This document shows positions 20,493 through 30,345 of a stretch of DNA of 64,000 bases, piece after piece. The DNA lies in NCBI GenBank assembly GCA_016932615.1, contig JAFGCN010000009.1, forward strand, positions 146,167 through 210,166. Direction: 5' to 3'. Position numbers and translations under genes: made by a program. This DNA is from Candidatus Aenigmatarchaeota archaeon. GTDB taxonomy: Archaea > Aenigmatarchaeota > Aenigmatarchaeia > QMZS01. The notes beneath the pieces are model-generated. The model did not search any database, was not told where the DNA came from, and saw only the letters and a program-made list of their open reading frames with translations. Numbering within the stretch: position 1 is the stretch's first letter; each line of letters begins with the position of its first letter.

Positions 20493-23400
20493 CTATTTCC
20501 GGGATATCTTTTTTATCTCTTCATCCAGCGTTTTTCTGCGGTAAATTTTTTTGCAGGCGATTACAAGAGCGATGACAAGCAGCATCAGGAAAATTAACCA
20601 GGGCAACTCCATATTTTCCGAGCAGTTTATTTCGATTTTTTCCTCTGAGGCAAGTATTGTCTTAAAGCCGGACCTGTAGAATGCGTAAAGAGTGTAGTTT
20701 CCGGTTTCACACTTGAAGAGAGGTATCTTAAGCTCTGTTCGGGTTGGAATATTTTCAAGAGCCATAATATCTGCGTAGATGAGCCCTTTTGACTCGCCCG
20801 GGCCAACTAATTCAATCTCAAGGTAGCCGTGCGTATCCTGCGGGACAACTATCATGTTTCCGGAAATATCTTCCCTGCATTGGTAGCTTTTCCGGTCAAG
20901 ATTGATTATTATCTTTGGAGGCCTTTCCCAGGTGGTGAGGTTTACGGTTACGTTCTCGCCTGCTTTGATGAGTGGTATCTGGACGGTTATCTCCCCGTTT
21001 CTGAAGGTATAGTTATAGTTACAAGCTATCACATCATCGGCATAGCTGATAAAGGTCACATTTTCGTAATCAAGCTTTGCAAAGTTTTCGAGCGTGATAA
21101 GTGTGTTGAACTTTATGCTTCCGTTTGTTATGCTTATCATCTCTGAGTCTCTTTTCACTTCGAGCACCGGGGCAGTTACTGCCTCCACGAAGTAGGTCTG
21201 CGTTTCGTTTTTTCCAATTTCGACAAGGAAGTCTATGCGCCCTTTTTCGTAGAGGTGGGCGATTTCATGAGTGCTCTGGCCTTCCGAGAGCTTTATGTGA
21301 GAGCTAAGTATTTCCGGAAGCACTTTTGTGGAGTATCCCTGCTTTACGCTTCTCTCGTTTGGGTTTTTGACTTCAATTGACTTGAGCCACTTTACCGGAA
21401 CCCCCACCTGGACTCCAAACTTCTCCCAGGAACTTTCCTTTACTATCAGGTTTTTAAGTGTCCAGTGCTCGCGGCGCACGGTTGTTTGGACGTCTTCAAA
21501 GAAATAGCTGTCTTCGTAATAGTTGTAGCCATATGCCCGGGTTATGAGCGTGCTGGTTCCAAGAGGAAGTTCAGCAAAGTAGGTTATTGTGACCTTGTCG
21601 TCATGCTGCAGCGTGAATGTTTCTGTCGGAGGGGAAACAATTTCCGCAATGTACTCCCTGTAGCTTTGGTTTTCAATTCTTTTTATCCCTCCCTCACGTA
21701 GGCTTGCGTTCAGAAGGTAAAATATGTTGTTTCTTTCAAGGACAATCTTTATTTTTCTCGTGTCCAGCTCGGAATTTTCCGGGGAGTAAATGAAAAAGAC
21801 CGGGCTTCTTAGGCCTTTGCTTCCGGTGTCAACTACTTTGTACGTTACATTGTTGAAAAGAAGAGATTCAGTGATGAACAAGTCCTGGGCGTCGAGCCGC
21901 ATTATCTCTAGAATGGGTTTTAAGGGCATACCTGTCCCACCGCCTCCGCCTCCTGAAGAGGGCGGCTTTCCTGTACCGGGTACAAGGATTTCCCTAAGGA
22001 GTGTCTTTTTGACGGGAGTTCCGCTGAGCGTTTTTGCTGTGGCTTCTTCCGTGAAGAAGTATGTGGCTGTAGACTCCTGATTTCCTTTTGCAAGCGTATA
22101 CTGCAAATAGACTACTGAGTTAAGGTCCAGGGATAGGTTTTTGACAGTTATTTCGTAATTCCCGGAGTTGATGTTGACGCTTGAGATGTTTAGTTCTGTT
22201 ATGTTTGAGCCATCCCGTTTGAATGCAGCAAGGTCTGACAAATCCCACTCGCTGCTATAGGTCGTGTTGAAAATGGCTTCCCCGAGCTTTAGGTTTGCGT
22301 GTCCAATGTGCCGTATTTCGTCAGTTACACCCAACAAAACGCCGTCATCATTGTTCTGAATGAGGTTAATTCTTTTGTCGATAGCTATGTCCATCTGGTA
22401 GAGTGTTGGCATAGCCATGGCCTCTTCCACAATCCCCCGGTAAATCGAGCTGCCCCACATAACTTTCCAGTCAAAGAAGGCGGAGTAGTATATGTTTTTG
22501 CTTATGGACTCGTCGAATGCTCCTCCCGAAGGAACATCAGTGTAGTATTCGCTTGTGTACGCCGTGTCGCCAGGGACAAGGTTAGTGCTTGTCGCGCCTT
22601 CTGCTGCTGGGGTGTCCGAGCCGATCTCATAAAGGGACCAGCCGTCAACAATGTAGACTGTTCCGTATGCGATGTTTTTCATAAACCCCCTGACCGTCCA
22701 GTTCATTTTTGGCGTTATCTGCACGCCCTGCCTTATGTTTGCCCGGGAGTACCTGTTTGAAATGGTCGTTCCGCTAAAGGTCGTTCCCTGGGTATAATTT
22801 GTGCTGGTCTGGCTGGAGTCGGTATCCACGCTTAGAAGGTCTGCCTCGTAGTTATGCCCCCCGCTTATGTTTGCCACTATCGTGATGTTTGCGGACCGGT
22901 GCAGGTTTCCAAGCCACGCAGCTTTATCGTTGTAGCCGTCAAGGTCGCTGTCGGATATCTGCACGGCCCCGTTCGTGGCATTGGCTTCAAAAATGTGCAT
23001 GGAGTCCGCCTGAAAATAGGTGTTTCTTCTGGCCTGAAAGGTCAGGGACACGTCGTTCATCGGGTCAGTTGCGTTCAGCATTATGAAGAAGGTAACTGTG
23101 TTCTCTCCGGGGCCAAGGTCACTTCCCCCAAGGAAGTTAGAAATGTTCATTTGCAGGGAGATGTTTTTGCTTGAGTTGAACCAGTAGCTTGTCGTGGCGT
23201 TGCTTGCATTAGTGAATACATAAAGTTTCGTCCGGTCACCCGCTAGGGGAGAAGCTGCAACGGCTGCAAAAGAAGTAGTGTTCTGAAGATTTGTGCCGTT
23301 TGTCGAAGAAAGCGTTATGACAATGTTCTGCAGGACATCCCGGTTGTTTGCAAGCTCGACTTCAACACTTCCGATATTACTTTCCGAAATGGTTGTTCCG

Positions 23401-23522
23401 TCATAATTCACGCTTTTTGCCACTTTTTCTATCAAGTATGAGGTGGGGTTTGCGTAAACAGTGTTAAGGGCAAGCAGCCCGACAATAAGGATAAAAACGG
23501 CTCTTAAAGCGCCATTTGCCAT
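20493..23522 (-). CDS. Large surface glycoprotein (paralog family A, inverted copy). Signal peptide, Gly run, C-terminal TM.
   Basis: Signal MANGALRAVFILIVGLLALNTVYA and C-terminal TM LPWLIFLMLLVIALVIA. The N-terminus parallels the 5886..9194 protein (TSYLIEKV...SVEVELANNRDVLQNIVITLSSTNGTNL...DSDLDGYNDKAAW). Confidence 0.65.
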   Translation of the reverse strand: MANGALRAVFILIVGLLALNTVYANPTSYLIEKVAKSVNYDGTTISESNIGSVEVELANNRDVLQNIVITLSSTNGTNLQNTTSFAAVAASPLAGDRTKLYVFTNASNATTSYWFNSSKNISLQMNISNFLGGSDLGPGENTVTFFIMLNATDPMNDVSLTFQARRNTYFQADSMHIFEANATNGAVQISDSDLDGYNDKAAWLGNLHRSANITIVANISGGHNYEADLLSVDTDSSQTSTNYTQGTTFSGTTISNRYSRANIRQGVQITPKMNWTVRGFMKNIAYGTVYIVDGWSLYEIGSDTPAAEGATSTNLVPGDTAYTSEYYTDVPSGGAFDESISKNIYYSAFFDWKVMWGSSIYRGIVEEAMAMPTLYQMDIAIDKRINLIQNNDDGVLLGVTDEIRHIGHANLKLGEAIFNTTYSSEWDLSDLAAFKRDGSNITELNISSVNINSGNYEITVKNLSLDLNSVVYLQYTLAKGNQESTATYFFTEEATAKTLSGTPVKKTLLREILVPGTGKPPSSGGGGGGTGMPLKPILEIMRLDAQDLFITESLLFNNVTYKVVDTGSKGLRSPVFFIYSPENSELDTRKIKIVLERNNIFYLLNASLREGGIKRIENQSYREYIAEIVSPPTETFTLQHDDKVTITYFAELPLGTSTLITRAYGYNYYEDSYFFEDVQTTVRREHWTLKNLIVKESSWEKFGVQVGVPVKWLKSIEVKNPNERSVKQGYSTKVLPEILSSHIKLSEGQSTHEIAHLYEKGRIDFLVEIGKNETQTYFVEAVTAPVLEVKRDSEMISITNGSIKFNTLITLENFAKLDYENVTFISYADDVIACNYNYTFRNGEITVQIPLIKAGENVTVNLTTWERPPKIIINLDRKSYQCREDISGNMIVVPQDTHGYLEIELVGPGESKGLIYADIMALENIPTRTELKIPLFKCETGNYTLYAFYRSGFKTILASEEKIEINCSENMELPWLIFLMLLVIALVIACKKIYRRKTLDEEIKKISRK

Positions 23523-23579
23523 AATACATTTAAGTTTTTGATTAATCTATATCCGCGCATATATGCTCTCTAAGCGGTT

Positions 23580-24677
23580 ATGTACTTTGTAAGGTTATTT
23601 ATGGGCTCTATGAAGGGCGGCATGCTTGAATGGGTGATTGGCCCTCCTCTTCTGGTGTTTATAGGCATATTTATCCTCTCGATGATAGGCGCGGCGTATG
23701 TACGCACTCTGGCGGCGGGACCTCCAATAGAAGTACAGACTTATGCAGAGTACAGGTGGATGAATATTTTACCCTCTTCTGCCCTTTCCGTGCTTACCGC
23801 TAATGAGTATTCCCAGGAGGCGCTTGAGGCGCTTGCTCTTTGCAAGGAGGTAACCACGCCGCTGATACTTCCCAGAGCGCGATTTATCGAATATTTTTCG
23901 GGAAATGATGAAATAAACGCCGCTTCTTTGGGGGCGCTGGACAGGCAGCTTCAGGTTTTGGAGAGCTCTTATAACCGCGGCTCTGAGGTTAAGCGGGAAT
24001 TCAAAATGATAAAGGATTCTCAGGGGCTTGTTTTGGTTTATGGCCTTGACCGGATGCTTTCTGACGCTGAATCGGGATATGGGTCGCTTGTGACAGTTTA
24101 TCCGGAGGACTACCCCTACAAGTGCTCTCAGATGGGCCTTCCGGTTTTCTCGAACGAGGAGGAAAACGCAAGGGTTTCCGTGGTTGTCTGCTGCCTGGAT
24201 ATAAGGGGCTGCTCAGATTATTTTGCAACTCCCGGAAGGGACGAGTGCAGCCCAAAAGACCCCTGCGGCGTTGGCCCCTGCAGAATCATCCAGCCGGTTG
24301 GAGAGGAGAGAGCGTGCGTCTTCAATGCCCCGCCCAAGGTGACCTTTGCCATGCGGATTTTGGGAGATACCGCATGGAGGGAAGGGGAGAAATTTTCGCT
24401 TGAGTTTGCAAAAGGCACGGAGAAAACAGTTGAGTTTCAGGCAACAGCGCTTGAAGACTCATCCGTGAAATTTATCACTCTTGATTATGGGGATAGTGTT
24501 CCGGAATCCAGGACAGGAAACACTCCTCCGGCTGCAGGAACTCCCATAAGCCCGGAAACTTATAGCTTTTCGCACACCTACCAGAACCCCGGCACTTACA
24601 CGGCAAAACTCAGGATTGAGGATGACGGCGGGAATGTAGTGGTTCGCGATATGGAGCTTGAGATTGATTCAATATGA
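23580..24677 (+). CDS. Membrane-anchored protein with a C-terminal PKD-like domain. The N-terminus resembles an archaeal class III (prepilin-like) signal peptide.
   Basis: MKGG followed by the hydrophobic helix LLVFIGIFILSMIGAAYV. C-terminal PKD signature YSFSHTYQNPGTYTAKLRIEDDGGN. Confidence 0.5.
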   Translation: MYFVRLFMGSMKGGMLEWVIGPPLLVFIGIFILSMIGAAYVRTLAAGPPIEVQTYAEYRWMNILPSSALSVLTANEYSQEALEALALCKEVTTPLILPRARFIEYFSGNDEINAASLGALDRQLQVLESSYNRGSEVKREFKMIKDSQGLVLVYGLDRMLSDAESGYGSLVTVYPEDYPYKCSQMGLPVFSNEEENARVSVVVCCLDIRGCSDYFATPGRDECSPKDPCGVGPCRIIQPVGEERACVFNAPPKVTFAMRILGDTAWREGEKFSLEFAKGTEKTVEFQATALEDSSVKFITLDYGDSVPESRTGNTPPAAGTPISPETYSFSHTYQNPGTYTAKLRIEDDGGNVVVRDMELEIDSI

Positions 24678-24760
24678 GGGAGAGTGCTGTTTTTGGAAAA
24701 TCTGGGGCCAGTTGGGCGGACAGAACCGGGAGTGGGTGGTTTTCTGGAAAGGGATGCCGC

Positions 24761-26416
24761 ATGAAAGGGGTTGCGGTTTCAGCCCAGCTTATGCTTATCC
24801 TGACGCTGGTCTTCCTGGGAACCATGATTCTTCTTGGAACCAGCACCAGCTCTACTCCAGTTTACTACAAAAATCTTGCAGAGAGCAAGTTTGCTGACCT
24901 TCTCATGAAGTATGAGCTCATAAAATCAAACATCAGGGATTCCCTTGAGGGAGAGTCGAGCCGGATGTTTTCTGCAATGGGCGATTATCCAATAGAGTGG
25001 TCCACAGTTGAAAGCGCTGCGCCTAGTGATGACGAGTGGTCCATCCTCTATAAGGAGAAGCTTTCAAGTGCCGCTCAGGGCTACCTTAACTCAGCGTCAA
25101 ACTCGGACTTCGAGTGGATAGAAATTTCGGAGAAGGAAAGCACAGTTACCTATGACTCTTCTGGCCCCAAGGTCGAATGGCACTATAAGTACAACATTAA
25201 TATTCAGAACGTGATTCCGGATGAGGATATAGCCAACAAGATAAACTCCGAGGAGGAGGTTTCAATAACCTATGATGATTTTCTGAATCTTGATGGCGCG
25301 TGGCACTGCGCAAAGGATTACTTTGCCAAATCTGCCTCCAGCGAAGGGGCTTTTTACTTTACTGAAATGTCCGACTACTTTTTAAACCAGGGCCTCGGGC
25401 AAAAGCTTAACCAGATAAAGCCGGATTCCTGCAGCGGCTTTAAGACCACCATGTCTGTTTTTAATGGAATTTCCTGCCCCGGTGGAACCTGCAGGCAGAG
25501 CCAAATGAAGCCCGTAGGGATAATCCTTCTAATAGAGCCATCCGGAAGCGGCAGGGGCGCTGTTTCGTTTATTCACAGGTATTCCAATTTCGCGGCGGGA
25601 AGCCCAAGCGCTTCCGGCGCTACAGGGCAGCCGTGCTCTCTTGGCTCCGAGTGCGGTACCCTGGACTGCGTGGGAGAGGTTTGCGGCAAGTGTCTGGAGG
25701 CATTTGAAAATTCGCTTTGCTCTCCTTCGGGCACTGGCCACCCCCCGGCAACTCACCGTTGCTACCGTGTTCTTTCCGGCTCGGGCAGCTATGAATACCG
25801 CTGCCTTCAGAACAAAGCATCCATTGGGCTTACGGACGGAACAAGGTGGTTTTTGAGCGGGCAGTCAATAAAGGTGAACTGCGCCCTGGAGGACGGGAGG
25901 TTTGAGGTCGGCGTCAGCGGCGCAACGTCAGACACAATTTCCGTTTCAAAAGTTTTGTTCAATGGAGTTGAGGTTAGCAGCGGAACGCAGAAAATAGAGC
26001 TTTGCGACACGGACGAAGTGCCTCCCGTGAACGGCCGGATTGAGGTTTACCTGGAGGAGGGAGGAGATGCCTACCGCGCTTTTGAGACGGGCGTGAGGTT
26101 TGCATTAAGTGAATGCGAAGATGAGGTTTCAAGCAAGCTTGGGGAGTATGTGTACAGCTTTGGCGAATCGGACTATGAAGAACTTCGCCGTGGAATAGAA
26201 ACGGCGGTGCGGGATGTTGCAAGGGGGGCTTCCTGCGAGGGATACAGGGTTTATGTGTCTGAAGTTATGTTTTCCTGCGGCTCTGATATAAGCGCCTGCT
26301 CCGGGACCACCACCTGGGACAGGGAGAAATATTCTCCTGTTACTGTGGAGTTTGAGGATGAAAGCACAGGCAATGTGGCGTTTCGGTCAACTTATATTAT
26401 CTCATATTCACCTTAG
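24761..26416 (+). CDS. Pilin-like or secreted Cys-rich protein. The ORF is open from 24674, but 24761 is the more plausible start.
   Basis: MKG followed by a hydrophobic helix (VAVSAQLMLILTLVFLGTMILLG) matches the archaeal class III signal pattern [K/R]G-hydrophobic. Many cysteines in the mature part. Convergent with the secretion ATPase gene. Confidence 0.5.
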   Translation: MKGVAVSAQLMLILTLVFLGTMILLGTSTSSTPVYYKNLAESKFADLLMKYELIKSNIRDSLEGESSRMFSAMGDYPIEWSTVESAAPSDDEWSILYKEKLSSAAQGYLNSASNSDFEWIEISEKESTVTYDSSGPKVEWHYKYNINIQNVIPDEDIANKINSEEEVSITYDDFLNLDGAWHCAKDYFAKSASSEGAFYFTEMSDYFLNQGLGQKLNQIKPDSCSGFKTTMSVFNGISCPGGTCRQSQMKPVGIILLIEPSGSGRGAVSFIHRYSNFAAGSPSASGATGQPCSLGSECGTLDCVGEVCGKCLEAFENSLCSPSGTGHPPATHRCYRVLSGSGSYEYRCLQNKASIGLTDGTRWFLSGQSIKVNCALEDGRFEVGVSGATSDTISVSKVLFNGVEVSSGTQKIELCDTDEVPPVNGRIEVYLEEGGDAYRAFETGVRFALSECEDEVSSKLGEYVYSFGESDYEELRRGIETAVRDVARGASCEGYRVYVSEVMFSCGSDISACSGTTTWDREKYSPVTVEFEDESTGNVAFRSTYIISYSP

Positions 26417-26419
26417 ATT

Positions 26420-26575
26420 ATGGAAATGTCTGCAAAGCTTGTGGTCGAAATCGTGCTTTTCCTGATTGTGATTTCAGTAGTCCTGTATGTTTTCATAGAT
26501 AAGATGATTCTTGGGGGCACGAACTCCATATTCGGCATTGGCGCGGACTGGCTCAAAAAGGTTTTTAACGTTTAG
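26420..26575 (+). CDS. Possible small single-TM protein (51 aa), not in the ORF track.
   Basis: The ATG at 26420 opens a frame MEMSAKLVVEIVLFLIVISVVLYVFIDKMILGG... that runs to a TAG. It lies immediately downstream of the pilin-like gene. Support is weak. Confidence 0.2.
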   Translation: MEMSAKLVVEIVLFLIVISVVLYVFIDKMILGGTNSIFGIGADWLKKVFNV

Positions 26576-26638
26576 CTTGCTTAGTGAAATTTATAAGAAG
26601 GGCTGTTGGATGTTGGCTGCAGGTGCCTCTACAAGCAA

Positions 26639-28921
26639 CTATTCAAAGGGGTTTTCAGTAAGGGGATTTACGCCATGCCCTTCAGTTTTTATATACTCCT
26701 TGAACCAGGCAAGCCACCTTTGGTAAATCTCCTTTGTGTCAAGCGTTCCGGTCTCTTTCTTTACATTCTCGCTCATGATGTGAAACATGTTGTTGGAGAG
26801 CACTACCGTGTTTGCCTCCATAAGCTCCGGGTTGTTTGTCTGGATTGCCATATCGGCAACGGTTTTCATCACGTTTGCCCTCAAGGTAATGTTTCCCCAG
26901 ACAGAATCCCACTCGTTTCTCCACTCCTTTACGTTTCGGGCGATTGAGTTTATAAGCTCGCTTTCGCCTGCAAGAAGGGTCGGCGTCGGCTCAAGCTCGT
27001 CGGTCTTTGCATTGTACTCCATCAGGTTTATGAACCCTTTTTCCTTTGCGGGGTCGGACTGCCAGTGCTTTCGGACCTCGGTTATCTCGACAGTCCTCCT
27101 GAATGACCTCATCCCGTCAGCGGATTTCAGCGAGTTGTTGATTACCACCAGGTCAGTTGCCTTAAATGAAGTGGGCGGGACTTTTAGGTCGTTAACGACC
27201 CTGTCGAAGAGCCCGAATGCGCTGTCGCCGTGGATGGTTCCTGCAACGACGTTAGCCATAGCGCCGATACGCATTGCCTCGTAAAGGGCCAGGGCCTCCT
27301 TGCTTCTTACCTCACCGATAATAAGGCAGGAGTCTCCAAGACGAAGCGATACTCGAAGGGCTTCTTCTGCAGGGAGCTCTGTTTCAACCATAGTAATTAC
27401 TGACCTTGATTTGAGCCGGGTGACATTGTAGCCAAGCTCCCTGAATTTGGTGAGGGGAAGCTCAAGCGTGTCCTCGACAGAGATTATCCTTTTGTTTTTC
27501 ATTATCTGCGTGATGATAGCCGCCAAAAGAGAGGTTTTTCCGGCGCTTCTGGTTCCACCAACAAGTAGAGTCCTTCCGCCGTCGACAATAAACCATAATA
27601 GGCCTGCGGCAAGGGGAGTCATCATCTTCTGCGTAAGGAAAAGCGGCATTGTCCAGGGCCTTTCACGGTGCCGCCTTAGCGCAAAGCCAAGGCCCCCCGG
27701 GGATAGCGACTGCATTATCGCGCAAATCCTTGCCCGGCCGCCGGGGATGGAAAGCTCAGTGTCGAGAACAGGGTTTGCCTCATCAAGCGGCCGGCCGGAG
27801 GAAAGGCGAAGGCGGGTGGCGAGAAGCTCTGCGTCTTCGGGAGTGAGAACGATGTTTGTCCTGCATTCGCCGAACTTTCCGTGCAGAAGGTAGATTGGAG
27901 AAGTGCCTGGCGGGGCGTTTACGTAAACATCCTGCACGTTGTCGTCAGAAAGTATAAGCTCCAGTATCCCGATTCCTGCAGTGTACCTGACAAGAACCCT
28001 TGCAATAATCTTGAGGCGGTCATCTTCCAAAGTCATGTTGTCCTGTGACGCGATTTCCCTGAGCATGTCAAGCCCGATGTTGTAGAAGCTTTGCCTTACC
28101 TCTTCGGAAGCAAGCTCTTCACGCTCCATTGGGCGGTGGTTTGCCATGTACCTCCTTGCCTTGTCGAGAAGATTGTATTCGTCCTCCTCAAGCCGGAATT
28201 CTATTGGCACGAGCTGGTAAAGGCACCTCACTTCCCGGGGTATTCTATATATCTCGACTTTTGCGTCAGTTACCTTGTAGCTGTCAATAAGCTCCGACTG
28301 GTCGGGAGGCGTTGCCATGTATTTCGTGTAGGTGAACCTCGGCCTTACTGAAGGTATGAATAGCTGCCGGTAGATAGTCCTCTCGCCTACCTTGTAGCCA
28401 GGAAGAAGGTCCTGGGCTTTTCTTATGAGCTTTGTCTCCTCGAGGAGGTCTCTTAGAGGAATGAGCGCATTATTAAGGTAGTGGGCATAGCAATCTTTGC
28501 ATATTCCTTTTGTCCTTTCAGAGAGGACTTTCAGATGGCGTATTTTTCGTATTAGCTTTACATAAGCGCCTACCGGGTCGGACTTCAGCTTTATCAGCAC
28601 GAGGTTTCGGAGAAAATCCAGCCGCTCGGAAACGCACCTGTCGCACTTGGTTGTCACAAGGTTTCCATAAGAAGTAGTCTTGAGGTCGCGGGTCGACCTT
28701 TCGATTGCCCTTGCGATTTCGACAAGCATCTGGGTCTGCTCAAAGTCGTACTCGTATTCCCTGTCCTTTACAAGTATGATTGCATTTGCATCCTTTACTG
28801 CCATTAGGTGGTTTATTACGGCGGACATGCATTGGGGGAAGTCCTCTATGGAAGAGCTGTAGATGCACTTCATGCAGTCGATTTTAAGAATATTGTTTTT
28901 GAAAGTGTACTCGCAGGGCAT
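26639..28921 (-). CDS. Secretion/pilus assembly ATPase of the GspE/VirB11/FlaI family, with an N-terminal Cys-rich (zinc-ribbon-like) extension.
   Basis: Walker A GGTRSAGKTS and the conserved core of type II/IV secretion NTPases. The N-terminus contains a CxxC...CxxC arrangement (MPCEYTF..CMKC...CDRC). Confidence 0.75.
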   Translation of the reverse strand: MPCEYTFKNNILKIDCMKCIYSSSIEDFPQCMSAVINHLMAVKDANAIILVKDREYEYDFEQTQMLVEIARAIERSTRDLKTTSYGNLVTTKCDRCVSERLDFLRNLVLIKLKSDPVGAYVKLIRKIRHLKVLSERTKGICKDCYAHYLNNALIPLRDLLEETKLIRKAQDLLPGYKVGERTIYRQLFIPSVRPRFTYTKYMATPPDQSELIDSYKVTDAKVEIYRIPREVRCLYQLVPIEFRLEEDEYNLLDKARRYMANHRPMEREELASEEVRQSFYNIGLDMLREIASQDNMTLEDDRLKIIARVLVRYTAGIGILELILSDDNVQDVYVNAPPGTSPIYLLHGKFGECRTNIVLTPEDAELLATRLRLSSGRPLDEANPVLDTELSIPGGRARICAIMQSLSPGGLGFALRRHRERPWTMPLFLTQKMMTPLAAGLLWFIVDGGRTLLVGGTRSAGKTSLLAAIITQIMKNKRIISVEDTLELPLTKFRELGYNVTRLKSRSVITMVETELPAEEALRVSLRLGDSCLIIGEVRSKEALALYEAMRIGAMANVVAGTIHGDSAFGLFDRVVNDLKVPPTSFKATDLVVINNSLKSADGMRSFRRTVEITEVRKHWQSDPAKEKGFINLMEYNAKTDELEPTPTLLAGESELINSIARNVKEWRNEWDSVWGNITLRANVMKTVADMAIQTNNPELMEANTVVLSNNMFHIMSENVKKETGTLDTKEIYQRWLAWFKEYIKTEGHGVNPLTENPFE

Positions 28922-29020
28922 AACTAGATAGATATAATTTATGATTTAGTGAACTTTATGCCTCTGCCCCACTTCAGGGGTTTTCCCGAAGGGCACACTT
29001 GTTTTGCATCTGGATAATGG

Positions 29021-29032
29021 ATAATATATAAA
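29021..29032 (+). promoter_or_regulatory. TATA-like box (ataaTATATAAA) upstream of the 29048 coiled-coil gene, in a divergent intergenic region shared with the secretion ATPase gene.
   Basis: An A/T box ~20-25 nt upstream of the ATG, consistent with archaeal leaderless transcripts. Confidence 0.3.
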
Positions 29033-29047
29033 TGGCTAAAACATATT

Positions 29048-29452
29048 ATGGGTGATAATGCTCAGGATGCTTTAGTTCTTCAAGAGCTTGTCCGGCGGGC
29101 CAACAGCCACACTCAGCGGCTCAGGACTCTTGACGAGCAATTCAGGACATTCAACACGAAATTCGAGACAATCGACCAGCAAAAGCTAAAGACAGAGTCT
29201 CTTGTTTCGGAGAGGTTTTCAAAGGTGGAAAAGCAACTTTCAGAAATCGAGCAAACGCTTGCCGAGTTAAAAAATGACCTCCTTAAAGTCCACGAAAAGG
29301 AAAAGCTGTTCGCAAAGAAAACTGAAGTAGAGGAGCTTTCTGAGCTGATAAATCTTTTGTCCCCGATTAAGCACGAGTTCGTGACATGGAATGAATTCAA
29401 TCGGGAGATGAAAAAACTTAAAGCTGACGATGCACTTACCGTTCGGTCATAA
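29048..29452 (+). CDS. Small coiled-coil protein.
   Basis: Heptad-rich E/K/L sequence. Divergent from the ATPase gene, with a TATA-like box upstream. Confidence 0.45.
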   Translation: MGDNAQDALVLQELVRRANSHTQRLRTLDEQFRTFNTKFETIDQQKLKTESLVSERFSKVEKQLSEIEQTLAELKNDLLKVHEKEKLFAKKTEVEELSELINLLSPIKHEFVTWNEFNREMKKLKADDALTVRS

Positions 29453-30299
29453 GGGTGAAGAAACCGGGACTATCCCGATAGAGGATGTAAAGCGTCTCAA
29501 GTCCCAGGGAAAGGCAGACAGAGAGATAATAGTAGAGTTGAAAAAGCAGGGCCACTCTTTCGAGTCGATAGAAAAGGCGATGCTTCAGGTTTTAAGAAAC
29601 AGCCCCGGCCAGCAGCCGCTTCAGGGCGGCATGAACCCCGGGATGAACCCGGGAATGGCTCCCCGGCCAGGAATGGGCCCTGGAGGTCCGCCTCAGCAGA
29701 GGGGGCCAATGGGGCCTCCAATGGGCGGCCAGCAGGGATTCCAGGGAGGGGGCGGACCCGGAATGGCTGGCGCAAGGCTGCCTTACCCTCAGCAGGGTAT
29801 GCAGGGGGGACCGCCTCAGGGAATGGTGCAGCGTCCAATGGGCATGGCTCCCCAGCAGATGCCGCCCCAGGCGCCAAACCTTGCGACAAGGGAAACGCTG
29901 ATGCCTCAGCCGAATATGAATATCCAGGTTGGTGGCGGCGTTGTCCCTTTGGAGGCAGAGGCAGGGAACCCGACAGACATAATAGAGGAGGTTGTCGAAG
30001 GAGTCGTCGAGGAAAAGTTCGAGAAGGCCGACCAGAAGTTTGAGTTTTTGAATAAGGAGCTTGGCAAGATTCGCGAGGAAAACGAGTCCCTGAAAAACCT
30101 GATGCTTTCTTCCCTTCAGAAGAGGGACAAGAATCTGGACGAGCTTAAGCAGAGCTTATCCGCAACCAAGGAGGAGCTTGAAGATATGGTCATAAAATGC
30201 AACGCGCTTGAAAAGGCATTCAAGCAGTTCCTGCCGGAGCTTGCGGAAAAGGTGCGAACGCAAAATACTGAGAAGAAGGTTGAAACGACTCCGCAATAG
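29430..30299 (+). CDS. Protein with a low-complexity G/P/Q/M-rich (prion-like) segment and a C-terminal coiled coil.
   Basis: GMNPGMNPGMAPRPGMGPGGPPQQRGPMGPPMGGQQGFQGGGGPGMAG... followed by EKFEKADQKFEFLNKELGKIREENESLKN. The start overlaps the upstream gene by 23 nt. Confidence 0.45.
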   Translation: MHLPFGHKGEETGTIPIEDVKRLKSQGKADREIIVELKKQGHSFESIEKAMLQVLRNSPGQQPLQGGMNPGMNPGMAPRPGMGPGGPPQQRGPMGPPMGGQQGFQGGGGPGMAGARLPYPQQGMQGGPPQGMVQRPMGMAPQQMPPQAPNLATRETLMPQPNMNIQVGGGVVPLEAEAGNPTDIIEEVVEGVVEEKFEKADQKFEFLNKELGKIREENESLKNLMLSSLQKRDKNLDELKQSLSATKEELEDMVIKCNALEKAFKQFLPELAEKVRTQNTEKKVETTPQ

Positions 30300-30345
30300 T
30301 TATCCCTATAGAAAGAATCAAATACAATACTTTTGAGGATATATT

